A stretch of 63,677 nucleotides of DNA, filler included, from Octopus bimaculoides (taxonomy: Eukaryota), in NCBI RefSeq assembly GCF_001194135.2. It is 8 parts of 7 records of this genome, joined end to end, with 100 filler letters (N's around TTAATTAATTAA, not from the genome) between each part and the next. Parts side by side here need not be neighbours in the genome. Positions count along the whole stretch, not along the records: positions 1 to 9,759 come from NC_068988.1; positions 9,860 to 19,462 come from NC_068984.1; 6 more parts are not named here. One strand, 5' to 3'. The notes beneath the pieces were generated by a model. That model did no database searches. It worked only from the letters and a program-made list of their open reading frames with translations, and was not told the DNA's origin. Both the position numbers and the translations under genes were made by a program. Below are positions 1-12,237 of the stretch, one piece after another (the first letter of the stretch is position 1; each line of letters starts with the position of its first letter).

Positions 1-50
<50 letters not shown>

Positions 51-382
51 GCATGCACACACACACACACACACACATACATATATATGTAACGAATGAG
101 GAAAAAGTAAATGAAAATGAAAGATGGAAAGGTTGTGTTTTATTTCTTAAAATGCTGCATATGTGTTTGGGAAAATGGCTTGGCAGGTCGCAATGTTGGC
201 TTTCTGTGGAAATATTCGATTGGGGGAATTCTTGTGACTCTAAATAAGGCACTTTGTCAGCCCTTTTTCATATTTTTTTTTAATTCCTGCTTCTGAATAA
301 ATGGACCTCAATCTATTGCTTCAGTGAATTATTGTTATTATTATTACTATTTTTATGATTATTATTATTATTATTATTATTA

Positions 383-1100
383 CTATTGCTGACATTAACT
401 TGCTGGACTGAACACTTGGCAGCATTTCGTCCATCCTTATATTTTGAGTTCAAATTCTGCCAAGATCAACTTTGCCTTTCATTTTTCAGAGTTGATGAAA
501 TAAGTACCAGTTGAGCACTGGTGCATGATGTAATTGATTAGCCCTCTTCCTCAAAATTTCATGCCTTGTGCCTATATTAGAAAGGATTATGATTTTCATT
601 AAGGTGGCTGAGAATAGACTTTAAATCGTCAGTCACCACATACATTAAGGTGGCAAGTTTGCATAATCTTTGACACACCAGGTGAAATGCTTAGTGGCAT
701 TTTGTCTATCCTTACATTCTGAGTTCAAATTCTGCCAAGTCAACTTTTTCCTTTCATTCTTTCTCAGTCACAAAAACAAGTACCATCTGAGCACTGGAGT
801 CAATGTAATTGACTTCCTCCAACCGTCAGAATTGCTGGTCTTGTACCAAAATTAGAAAGGATTATTATTAAGGCAGCAAAATGACAGAATTGTTAGCATA
901 TCAGACAAAACGCTTAGTGACATTTCTTCTCACTCTTTATATTCTGAGTTTAATTCCTATTAGAGTAACATTTGCCTTTCATTCTTTCAGGGTTGATAAC
1001 ATATAGAATCAGTCAAGTATGGGTGTTGATGTAATCAATTAACCTCCTCCCCTCAGAATTTCTGGTCTTTTGCCAAAATTTGAAATGATAATTATTATTA
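383..1100 (+). mobile_element. Three head-to-tail decayed copies of SINE family A, (ATT)n-tailed
   Basis: Each copy (about 383-592, 646-868, 869-1100) has a TGAGTTCAAATTC-like B box, then TTTGCCTTTCAT and an AAGTACCAG-like core, and ends in an ATTATT tail. Confidence 0.8.
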
Positions 1101-1123
1101 TTACAATCAATGTTTTCCTCCTC

Positions 1124-2295
1124 CATTTTACACTGATAGGAAAAGGCTTCTCTGTCAGCTAACCCATTCTCCTTTTCCTCCAATAATCTCCCCTTATGAT
1201 TGTATAAAATACAGTGTTTTTTGTTTTAATGTTTCTAAAATGTTTATGCTTGTTCTTCAGATATGTGTTCAGTGTTATACTTTAAACAACCTTGACTATG
1301 AAATGAAATCAAAGAGGGAAAGCTTTAACAAAAAGAACCAATGTTTTACCGATCTTATAAAATATGTGACCAAACTAAAAATAAGGTACTTGTCACGTAC
1401 TGGACTTCATGTAATTCACTAACCCTCTCCCCAAAATTTCTGGCCTTATACCTCTATTAGGAACTATTATTATTATAGTTAGGGAAGTGGATTGGCAGAA
1501 TCATTAGAGTATTAGACAAAATGCCACAAGGATTTCTTTAATCTCTTTATGGTCTGAGTTCAAATTCACTTTGAGGTCAATGTGATCAATAACTCCTTGA
1601 CAGTGTGTCAAAACTAGAAACAATTATTATTAACAAGAGAAGGGTGGCAGATAGCAGAACCCATAGAACATACCTTGTGGTATTATGTTACTCCTCTTGC
1701 ATTCTCAGGTTTAATCCTGCTCTACTCAACTTCCTTCTGGGAGGTTGAGAAAATAAATACCAATCAATTGCTGGGGTTGATCTTATTTGTTATACCCTTG
1801 TCCAAAATGTGTTGGATCTCCATCAGATATGATGATGAAGTGACATCATACTGATAGTGATTGTGCCATGTCTGATCCAGTGATATATGCTACTCTTTAT
1901 GGAGTTGATAAAATCAGTCTCAAAACATAAGGTCTTCAGTGTCATAAAACATTATTGTATTGGTAATAAAGGCAGTGTGAATTTGACAAAGTAACATATC
2001 AGAAAAAATGAGGGCCATGAGTTTGGTCACACTTTTCATAAGATTTCTGTAACATTGTTTCGTTTTGTTAAGAGTTTTGTATTTAATTTCATAGTTAAGG
2101 TTATATAAGCGATAACAATGAACACACATTTGAAGAACAAGCATGATAAATATTTTTGAAATGAGATAATGTGAGTTTTTTTTAAAAGAAAAACATTGTT
2201 TTTTTAGATCAGATTATAGAGCTTAATGGGAAAATCTTGGAGGAAAAGGAAAACAGGTTGGGTGAGAATGAAATTTTTCCTATCAACATGAAATG
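1124..2295. repeat. Old inverted repeat pair (arms about 1124-1376 and 2020-2295)
   Basis: The reverse complement of 2020-2295 aligns by eye to 1124-1376. The ORF track shows the same spurious peptide on both strands (MLVLQICVQCY.. and MLVLQMCVHCY..). Confidence 0.75.
1380..1810 (+). mobile_element. Further partial SINE family A copies (3' fragment, internally deleted copy, decayed copy)
   Basis: Tail at 1380-1478; GGCAGAATCATTAG..TGAGTTCAAATTC at 1495-1570; decayed copy at 1640-1810. Confidence 0.65.
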
Positions 2296-2574
2296 TAATA
2301 ATGGGTTGCCAATAATCACATCAAATATGTTCTTCTGATTTTGAAAATAATTTGAATAAGAAGAAAATATTTACTATTTGTAAATTTGGACATTGAATTA
2401 AATATTGACCAGTATTTCTCTATATAGATTTTTAATTAACATTTTCCACTGCATACACGAAAACGGCTTTATCCTAGGCCACCTTCATGTAGTTAAATAC
2501 AGAAAGTGGTTTTGTTATCAGTGACAGAATACAGTAGCAAAGGGGTATAATTCAATGAGTCACGATCTCTGTGA

Positions 2575-3421
<847 letters not shown>

Positions 3422-4274
3422 TTCTTTCAATGAATGTTTTTCCCCTTTTGTTGTAGAAAATTTAGAAGTTGGCTCACAGGAAAACAGAGATGCTAACCTA
3501 ACATCAAACTTCTTTGTGGACCACCTGAAAATATGAGTATGAATGTTTAAAGAGGAGACTTGTAGTGTTGTAAAACAAAGGAGAACTATAAACCGATCTA
3601 GTAACATTACTAAAAATGGCCTGACTATTTCTCTGCAGGTATATAGGGGTGGAGGAAAATATTTTCTATGAAAAGACTGAAATGGAATTTATAAACAGAT
3701 TATATAAAACCAGAATAAAGAAAATGTTTCTCATAACTTTCTACATACAATAAATCAACAACCCACAATATATTTGCTGTACCCATGCTCATTTGAGTTA
3801 TGAATGTTAAATCATTCATGTTGTTATCCCATACTGGAAATTTCCACATCAACAGTAATGCAGATCACCTCTAAAATGAAAACAAGATGGTAGTGTCTGC
3901 ATACATGAAGCCAATAACATTATGACAATTGGAAAAAAGCTTTATAGAAAGTATTCCTTGATCAAGGATTTACACCCAAAGAAGTTGCACAACTCTACTG
4001 CAATAGGTTGTCAGAAGAGACCAACAAAAGGTCGTGAATGGTTTTACTCTCAAGAAGGCTTAAAAAGTGATTGTGACACAAGAATTATCATTCTTCAACT
4101 TTGAAGGATATACTTTTGCAATACAGGAATAGGAAATAATCATAAAACACCTGATGTGCAAAAGGGATTGGGAGCCACATAGAGATGACAATCAATGCAA
4201 GCTTTGAGGATGTCTCCATATTATAAATAGCAGTCTGAAATGTCATTACAGTATTATCTACCTGTGGGCCATGA
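3422..4274 (+). pseudogene. Decayed R4/Dong-type (REL) non-LTR retrotransposon, RT to zinc-knuckle region
   Basis: Motifs NLTSNFFVDHLK (FVDD-like catalytic site), NKSTTHNIFAVPML, TGNFHINSNADHL, YTFAIQE*EI and EMSLQYYLPVGHD are collinear with the copy at 15330-16505. An upstream piece (SDRIQ*QRGIIQ) lies at about 2520-2574. Confidence 0.8.
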
Positions 4275-4570
4275 TGTCTAAGGCATGAAATAAAGTTGCT
4301 CTTACCTCAAGTTGCAATCAGTAACAATCACTCCTAGCATCAGACAAACCTCACAGTTGTAACCACATGTAATCTCTCTCAACCACTTCACCAGCCAAGA
4401 CCACTACACTATGACTGCTCCCAGCATATGATTTGCCCTTGCTGCAGGCTCCATATGAAAGAGGCTGTCTTCAACCTGTTGCATCCTGATGTGATGTCAT
4501 CACCTCCCCCTTTTCTGGTCCTTCATGACATCGCTCCTTCTCCCTTCCAATCACTCATCCTTCCTCCACA
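4275..4570 (-). repeat. 3' LTR
   Basis: TGTCTAAGGCATGAAATAAAGTTGCTCTTACCTCAAG...ATCCTTCCTCCACA matches 8510-8813 with many substitutions and indels. Confidence 0.9.
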
Positions 4571-4699
4571 CGCACACCCTGATCTAAAGATCACTGCTTC
4601 TCTATTCCATTTTGTAATCATCCATCTATTTGGTGTATGGGGCGCTGGGTGGGGCGGCATTCTTTTGAGATTTCTGTAGGGTCACTGGACTGGCTTCTC

Positions 4700-7620
4700 T
4701 CTTTCCTTCATCTTTGGAAGAGCTAATCACCCTTAAAATATCCAAGACGTGACATGGCATTCCATCCATTGATACATTATTCGGAATACTGTTCATGGTC
4801 ATCCTTCCTTTTTCCCACTGCATTGTGCACCAAGCATTTGGGAGCTTCACCCACACTTTATCTCCAACTTGTACAGATGCAACCCCTTCCACCTCTGGCT
4901 GCTGCGGCACCATGCTCAGTTGTCTCCATTTGTACTGGAGTATGGCCCTTTGCAGGACAGACTCTTCAGTTTGTCCTACCCTGGGTGACATGTACCAGAA
5001 GACTGCCTCCATGGGGGAGATTCAACCTTTCTCAGCCATAGCTTTGATTGTATGATGGTGCTGTTCCACAATCCCATGGTACTTGTATGCAACTCTGAAG
5101 AAGCATCTTATGTTCCACCTTCCAAGCATCTCACTCAGTTGCTCTGAGTAAAAAGCTGTGCTATTGCCTGTCAATAGATCATCTACAGGACCCCTTTCCA
5201 AGAACACTGCATTCAGCACTTCTGTGATTTTAGCAGCAGTCTTCACCCTGATTTCTCTCCATATAGTTATCTGCCCTGGCCCTAAGTTGACCATCAAGAG
5301 GTATACCTTTCTCTGATAGTGTATCACATCAATGGCTAACCTTTTCCAGTCTTCCTCCACATGAATCTTTCCTGTTTCATGTGCACTGGGTGCAGGGTTG
5401 ATGGATTGGCACCTGTTGCAATTCCCTACTACCTTCCGAACGCTCTCCTTGGTGACATCAGGGTTGACCATCCTGGCCAATAACAATGTCCTGTCGACAC
5501 CCATGTTGTGCAGCCTCTTCAGTTCTGTGCCCTCCAGCCAACAAACTGCAGTTACTCCACTCAGAACATACCCTGCTGTTTCCAACCAATGGTCTTTTAC
5601 TCTGGTTAGAACATCTGCCTTATTCTTTTCCGAGGGCACAAAAACCACATGCAACACCAGGATGAACTCAGCAGTTAGTGTCCTCAGGATAACCAGGTGA
5701 TGCTTAATCACCATTTCCATGGCCCCTTTCATGTAAATCCTTCTCTGGCTGGTAATCAATGATACCCACCAGGTGCACTATGATAGAATCAGTCCAAACC
5801 TCAACAGCTTGTAGTTACCATCTCAGCACTAGGTTCATGCCCTTTAATACAGCATCCAGTCCAGCTACATTAATACGTAGTCGTTCTTCTTCCTAAGCCA
5901 CACTATGTCTTCCACCTCAACACCTCCTATTTCCAGAAGGATTCTCAACACTATACTGCTCGCATCACACCACACAATCCCATTTTTTTTAATCAGGCAC
6001 ATACCAACTGCCCTTCACAGGATCTTCCACTCACACTCTCTCCAAGACCTCTTGCATCATCACAATCATCTTCTCTCTCATTTTATCATTCCAGTTCACT
6101 ACTTCTGCTCACCTTTTGATATAGCGACATGCTGTTCGGTGCCATCCTGCAACACTAGCTTCCCATACATCGAGACCCACTAGCTTCCCATACATCGAGA
6201 CCCACTAGCTTCCCATACATCGAGACCCACTAGCTTCCCACACATCAAGAAGAGCCCTTGCCTGATCATATCCTGATTTAGGTCTGGGATCTCATTTCCT
6301 TTGTGAAACTTATCGTTTGTCAGCTGAACTACAGCCATCAAAGGCAGCATACCTGCTTTATCTCTTTCAAATCTGAGCCCCAGCACTATACCTCCTTCTG
6401 TAGCCTCTGGCAGTTTTGTTGTAAATCTGAACCTCCTAAGATAATTCCCAATGTACTCTGCCAATACCACACTCTCATCTACTAGGATGTCCTCAATATA
6501 TTAACTGCTCCACTTTGGCCTCTTTTCACAAAACTGCCTTGAAGATCTTCACCATAATCTTCAGCACTGAACTCAGGCTAAAACCCAGTCAAGTTAGTAT
6601 GTTCTGCTGCTGTACTTCACTAGTTGATACCTCCACAACTTCTCTGACATGTGGGGGCTGCAGATAGGCTGACTTAATGATTGTAGTTGCTCCCCTCATT
6701 CTCCTCCACTCTTGTAGGGTTTCCCCACATACATTCACTGCCTCACCACCCATATGACAGGACACATGCTCATTCAAGTCCAGCACCAGTCGAAACTTAT
6801 CGTTTGTCAGCTGAACTACAGCCATCAAAGGCAGCATACCACTTGTCACCTCTCCTCTCCATGGCATCAAAATACCCTCCTCTATCCATCTGTTCACCTC
6901 TCTCTTGAACCCAAATCTGGTTTCTCCTTTCAGGGCGTGCTCATAGCAACTCGCCCTATTTCTCAGAACAGAGGATTCCCCTTTCCAATAGTACTCCACC
7001 ATCCATCTTTTGCCATTGAGCTCAGCACAGAAGTCCTCATCTTCAATTGTACCTATAGTATCCCCTCTCTCTCTGCCGGTAACCTGTCATTCCTACAGCC
7101 TTCTTCCTCCACTCTACACTCACAGCATGCAGTGCACCACTCACCAAATTTTACTCCTGCCCTGCCAACCATCATGCTACCAATCATGTGATCACATTCA
7201 TTCTGACCATTACATCGATGCTGTCCACCACTTCATCAACTACAATTGCTTGTAGCTTCAATACTGACCCCTATAACTCCAGTTCCACTTTGCTGACACC
7301 CCTACATTGGACCTCCCTGCCATCTACTGCACTGAGACCGATGTTTCCTCTTCAGTTCTCAACCATTCTTGTGGTTACCAAGGTGGTCATACAACCCATA
7401 TCCACAATGGCTTGTGCTTCCCTCACCCGCACCNNNNNNNNNNTCCAGTTCCACTTTGCTGACACCCCTACATTGGACCTCCCTGCCATCTACTGAGACC
7501 GATCTACTGCACTGAGACCGATGTTTCCTCTTCAGTTCTCAACCATTCTTGTGGTTACCAAGGTGGTCATACAACCCATATCCACAATGGCTTGTGCTTC
7601 CCTCACCCGCACCAGAAGCC
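4700..7620 (-). pseudogene. pol: Gypsy pol (protease, RT, RNase H, integrase), disrupted
   Basis: Protease AIVDMGC (DTG-like). RT PLMAVVQ..FRLVLD and YIEDILV (YxDD-like). RNase H AGLDAVLKGMNL, WTDS and NKADVLTRV. Integrase HNMGVDRT..CNRCQ, WKRLAIDVIHY and GIVEQHHHTIK. C-terminal VQVGDKVWVK. Confidence 0.9.
6153..6250 (+). repeat. 25-bp tandem repeat inside pol
   Basis: CACTAGCTTCCCATACATCGAGACC three times, plus a diverged partial fourth copy. Confidence 0.95.
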
Positions 7621-7689
7621 TTACTACAGGCAATGATTGGTGGTGTGCTTTCAATTGGTTGTGGGGGGAACCAGCGGCACAATAATTCC

Positions 7690-8400
7690 TCTCTCCACAT
7701 TTCCCTGTTTGCAATAGTTCTCTATGTGCCCAGGCTGGCCACATTAGTAACACACTACCATTGGTTTTGGTTCTGTGCATTCCCTGACCATGTGTAGACT
7801 TTGACACCTAAAGTATGGTCCCTTAGCCATTCACCTCACCATACTCTTGTTGTTGCTGTTCACCACCTGCTTCTTCATTCTACTTGTATCTGCCGTCACT
7901 GTTGTCACTGCATCATGTGTTTTGTTTTGCACCAACACTTGCATCTTATCTACCATTTCTCCCACTGACATTGTTTCAATGTCTGACATCTGCTGCATGT
8001 GTAATAAGATATGATCAGGGAATCTGGTCACAAAAGCCAGCTTCACCATCTGCTCCAACGCCACTCCAGTAAACCCTGCTAAGCCAGCCAACCTTCTAAT
8101 CTTGCTCACATAATCATCTATCGACTCTCCCAAGCTTACTGTAGGCTTTGTACACGTCCTTTAGATGCTCTTCAATCTTTTCAATTTTCTCCTGGTCCAC
8201 TTCATCCATTTCCAAGTACAGATTCAGTGCACTGCCTTCTAAGTACAGAGGCATAAAACTAACCACCTCTTATCTACCTAGCAGCTTTACCATGAGTCTT
8301 AACTTTTTTATCCAGGCCACCACGTCACCTTACCCAGTAAGCAGTCTTCACACATCCCTGCTGATTCTGATTTTTGTGGCCATCGTATATTGGCAATTAG
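7690..8400 (-). pseudogene. gag: Gypsy gag with CCHC knuckle
   Basis: PLYLEGSALNLYLEMD and GESIDDYVSKIRRLAGLAG..AFVTRFP; knuckle CY*CGQPGHIENYC at about 7711-7752. Confidence 0.85.
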
Positions 8401-8509
8401 AAAGGCAAGAGCACAAAAATGAGAACAAAAATTTGAAGAAGAAAAACAACAGAAAAAATATAACTCTCAGATATATCTGCACAACTGGTAACAACATGCT
8501 AAAATAGCT

Positions 8510-8813
8510 TGTTGTAAGGCATAAAATAAAGTTGCTCTTACCTCAAGTTGCAATCAGTGACAATCACTCCTAGTATCAGATCATAGGAAAACCAGTCTGA
8601 TCTCATAGTTGTAACCATGTTTAAGCTCTCCCAATCACTTCACCAGCCAGGACTACAACTGCTCTCAGCACATGACGTGCGCTTGCTGCAGACCCTGTAA
8701 GAAAGAGGCCGTCTTCAACCTGTTGCTTCCTGACATGATGTCATCTCTTCCTCTTTCCAGTCCCTTTGTGATGTCACTCCCTCTCCCTTCTGGTCATTCA
8801 TCCTTCCTCCACA
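8510..8813 (-). repeat. 5' LTR
   Basis: TGTTGTAAGGCATAAAATAAAGTTGCTCTTACC...TTCCTCCACA, with TG..CA termini. Confidence 0.9.
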
Positions 8814-8867
8814 ATCATACAAAGCAATCTATTGAATGGATAATCCTGAGTTACAAATATAAGAATC

Positions 8868-9227
8868 TAACTAACTGGTACTCCGTCAGTTATGACAACA
8901 AGGGCTCCAGTTGATCTGATCAACAGAACAGCCTGGTCATGAAATTAACATGCAAGTGTACCCTTAACATAATTAACAGACATGTGTACTCTTAACATAG
9001 TTAACGGACACATGTACTCTTAACATAGTTCTTGGGGAGAATCAGCATGACACAGAATGTGAAAGGCTGGCCCTTTGAATTACAGGAATCCTTTTTGCCA
9101 GCAGAGTTGACTGGAGCAACATGAAATAAAATGTCTTGCTCAAAGACACAACACATCACCAGGAATCGAACTTGCAACCTTACGATCTTGAACCAAATAC
9201 CCTAACCACTAAGCCACGCACCTTCGC
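8868..9227 (-). mobile_element. tRNA-derived SINE family C with 10-bp TSD
   Basis: Minus-strand A box TGGCTTAGTGG, B box GTTCGATTCC and GTGTCTTTGAGCAAGACA core. TSD TATAAGAATC at 8858-8867 and 9228-9237. Internal duplication of about 28 bp near 8960-9030. Confidence 0.9.
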
Positions 9228-9640
9228 TATAAGAATCCACAATGATATAAAGGACATAACTACACAGAATATGGAAGAATACCTGTAAAATGTTCCTGTC
9301 AAGATCTCGATGAAATGCATGCATAACAGATCAGACATAATGGTTTGGGACAGAGAAAAAACGATGCACTGTAGTGGAAATCACTTGCCAAGCAGGTGTG
9401 AACATAATGATTAGTGCAAAAAATGAACATGTAAACTGATGCAAAGTCTGCACAATTACTCCATCCAGACTATTATTTTAGATTTCCATCAATAACTATT
9501 AAAGCACTTGGTTACAGACTGCCTCACAAACAATCTTAAGATGTTGGGATTCCTCAAATCACAATTGGCATAGCTAATTAAAAAGCTACAAGTCATTAAT
9601 GAGACCGACGAATTATGTAATACTTCCTTGTAAGTATATA
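9228..9640 (+). pseudogene. R4/Dong-type LINE 3' end (REL endonuclease), continuation of 3422-4274
   Basis: NRSDIMVWDREK, CTVVEITCQAGVNI and LHPDYYFRFPSITIKALGY parallel RLDIVVWD..VTEVSCPADGNI of the copy at 15330-16505. Confidence 0.8.
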
Positions 9641-9759
9641 TAAGTAGACATGTAAGTGAAAATATATAGCCCTATCATGAAAAGGCATTCATACTTGCAC
9701 ACACAGACCGAACAAACATACATACATACAACATACACACATTCATGCTTGAACCCCCC

Positions 9760-9859
9760 NNNNNNNNNNNNNNNNNNNNNNNNNNNNNNNNNNNNNNNNN
9801 NNNTTAATTAATTAANNNNNNNNNNNNNNNNNNNNNNNNNNNNNNNNNNNNNNNNNNNN
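9760..9859. other. Synthetic 100-bp scaffold spacer (first of seven)
   Basis: N44-TTAATTAATTAA-N44. The linker lies at 9804, 19507, 28344, 39519, 42475, 52617 and 62543. Confidence 0.95.
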
Positions 9860-10690
9860 GAGCAAGAGAAATAATATTCTTAAGATTATAAACCTGGAAA
9901 AGTACAGAACAAGTTGTTACACTTGAAAAAGATCAGGACAAGTTATTACATCTGGTAAAGTACAGAACAAGAAACTTTTACGTAAAATATTGCAGCTAAG
10001 GATAAAATTTCAAATAAAATATTTAGATTTAGAAAATATTAGCTTTTATTAAAACACAAAATTTTATTACAAGTTTATTACTGCTATTTGTTATTACTCG
10101 TTACTTCTATATAAAATAAAAAATAGCTCAAAATATTTTTTGCACTTTAAAAAAATTCATTTCTTTAATTATTAATTAATTATTAGAAATTTGAAAATAG
10201 ATTATAAAAAATAATAATAGTACATAATTAGTTAGTATAATACAAAAATTACTGATATATTACAGTAAAATCTACCTACAAGAACAGATTAACAGTAACA
10301 TTTGCTTGAGTTATTGCCTAAGTCTTCACATTTTTAGTCTTGACCCAATGCCTATTTTTTACATAATAGATTTGTGTGCCATATATACTATTCTACTTTG
10401 CATAAAAGCTTAGCTATATTGGTATTTCTGGCTCTCATTTTTAAGTATTCTAGCGTGTCAATATTTTAACAAAATGATAGTGTCTTTTTTTAATTATAAT
10501 GTTACTTTGTAAATTGAAGTCAAGTAATTTTTAATATTCAAATTTTATCCTTAGCTGCAATATTTTAAATAAAAATTTTCTTGATCTGTATTTATCAGAT
10601 GTTGTAACTTGTTCTGAACTTTTCCAAGTGTAATAACTTGTCCTGTACTTTTCCAGGCTTATAATCTTAAGAATATTATTTCTCTTGCTC
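9860..10690. mobile_element. Foldback/MITE-like element with long inverted arms
   Basis: Arms 9860-10010 and 10540-10690 are reverse complements (roughly 85-90% by eye) and carry 29-bp subrepeats. The interior is AT-rich and non-coding. The left end is cut by a gap. Confidence 0.8.
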
Positions 10691-12019
10691 GCATTTTCCC
10701 ATGTAATCCATGTTTTTTTCTAGGCTATGCTATTATGTTAATTAATAATGTGTCAAATGTGTCAATTAGAGGTGTCGACGATAATTTTTTCCTTACATCA
10801 ATGATGCCGGTGACAAATATTAAAGTCCCCTTATAGAACTATATTCATAAAAAAGTATAGAACTATATTATCACCCTCAAATTTGAGAAACAAACTCAAC
10901 TTTTTTCATTTAAAATGTCATTGCATGATATTGATACCATGAAATTCCTCGAATAAAGCTCTATCATTTAAGTTTAATTAAAATATAGTTTGTTCTTAAA
11001 ATAAAGAAGTTAATTAGACTTAAATCCCATTTTTTGCCTTATTAAAATTTTTTTTTCATGATATTTTACCTCACAACTTTTTTGATAGAAATTTTTGTTG
11101 CATAGGAGCAAAGCTATGAAATTTTTCTTGCTTTCTTTTTTCAGTGAAGCTACGATAAATATATTTTGCTTTTAAAATAAAAAAAAGTTATTTAGATCTA
11201 AACTTGATTGGTAGCATTAGTTACTCTCCTATAACGTTGCTATGTGGTAATCCATATAGATGAAATGGTGGTATCAGATGATTTTAAGATTTTAAGAAGA
11301 ATGTTCAGCAGGTACAAAGTCTGACGGCCGTTTCGAGAATATGTAGGTTGAGAGGGGCAAATTATTTCCAACCATAACAATCATCCACATTTCTATCAAA
11401 AGTAATTTGAGAGGATTTACAAAGTTTTTTTTTTAAATTTAATATAAACGTAAGGATTTTTAAAGAATTTTAAAAATTCGAATGTTATATCGAAAGATAT
11501 ATATCAGGCTATTGATATATAATACGATCTGAGTTTACATGTTTAAAAAGATTATAAAACTATTGATAATAGTGTTTTAAGATGGATCCATATGCACAAA
11601 GAATAAATAGGTTAAAATCATATGAACTAATTATTTTTGAAAAAAGATTTAAACGTTGATAAATATTTGTGTCTACAAAGAATTATGACATCTGAAATCT
11701 TATTAAGTGAATTTTCTTTTATTAGTACGGAGTATATTGATTGATTCTTTTGTGCATAATTTACAATTTCTATCTGGATAACCGATTTACATTCACCATG
11801 TGCATCTTTTAATATCCTTATTGATTTCTAATACGGATATACAACCTCATAAGATCTCATGCAAGTACATTTATGATTTATATGTATTTATACATTTTAA
11901 AACTATATCATATATATATGAGTGCCCCTATGTATGCTGTGAAGTATTCCGATGCTGTGAAAATATATTGAGGGATTAAGAAATTCGTCCTCTCTTTCTT
12001 GGTTTCATATATATATATA

Positions 12020-12237
12020 TATACTATATATTTGTGAAAAGGGCGGAGGTTGTCTCACAAGCAGTTGTGCAGGCAAAAGTGTTAGTAAATGTGGTCGGAT
12101 TGACCTGAAAATTTGCACACCTATGATAAAAGTGCTGAGGAGTTTGCTCAATTGAAAGGCATGCCCTCTAGGGCAAAGTTCTTCATCTTTAAAATGTCGC
12201 CCGGGTAGACCCGAATAAAGTCAGGTTATAATACTAG
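12020..12237 (+). mobile_element. Short non-autonomous Helitron-like element
   Basis: Imperfect 3' hairpin ACCCGA-ATAAAG-TCAGGT (12209-12226), then CTAG|T (12234-12238). TA-rich 5' end and an internal GATTGACCTGAAAATTTGCACAC motif. Confidence 0.55.

Larger units (their letters stand above)
4275..8813 (-). mobile_element. Ty3/Gypsy LTR retrotransposon, two LTRs, decayed
   Basis: Direct repeats of about 300 bp at 4275-4570 and 8510-8813. Minus-strand domain order is gag-PR-RT-RNaseH-IN. A purine-rich tract (AGATCAGGGTGTGCG) precedes the 3' LTR. The TSD is not cleanly resolved (ATGA/ATCA candidate). Confidence 0.93.

Noticed and set aside
9160-9227. tRNA genes at the A/B-box motifs (also about 31380-31442 and 50980-51052)
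   Set aside because: They continue into SINE bodies, show no full cloverleaf, and one has a TSD. They are SINE heads.
10780-11200. Decayed non-autonomous DNA transposon
   Set aside because: It looks repeat-like, but I could find no termini, TSD or second copy in the window.
11560-11860. Possible integrase zinc-binding relic (minus-strand ILKDAHGEC)
   Set aside because: It is a single short motif in AT-rich DNA with no collinear DDE motifs.
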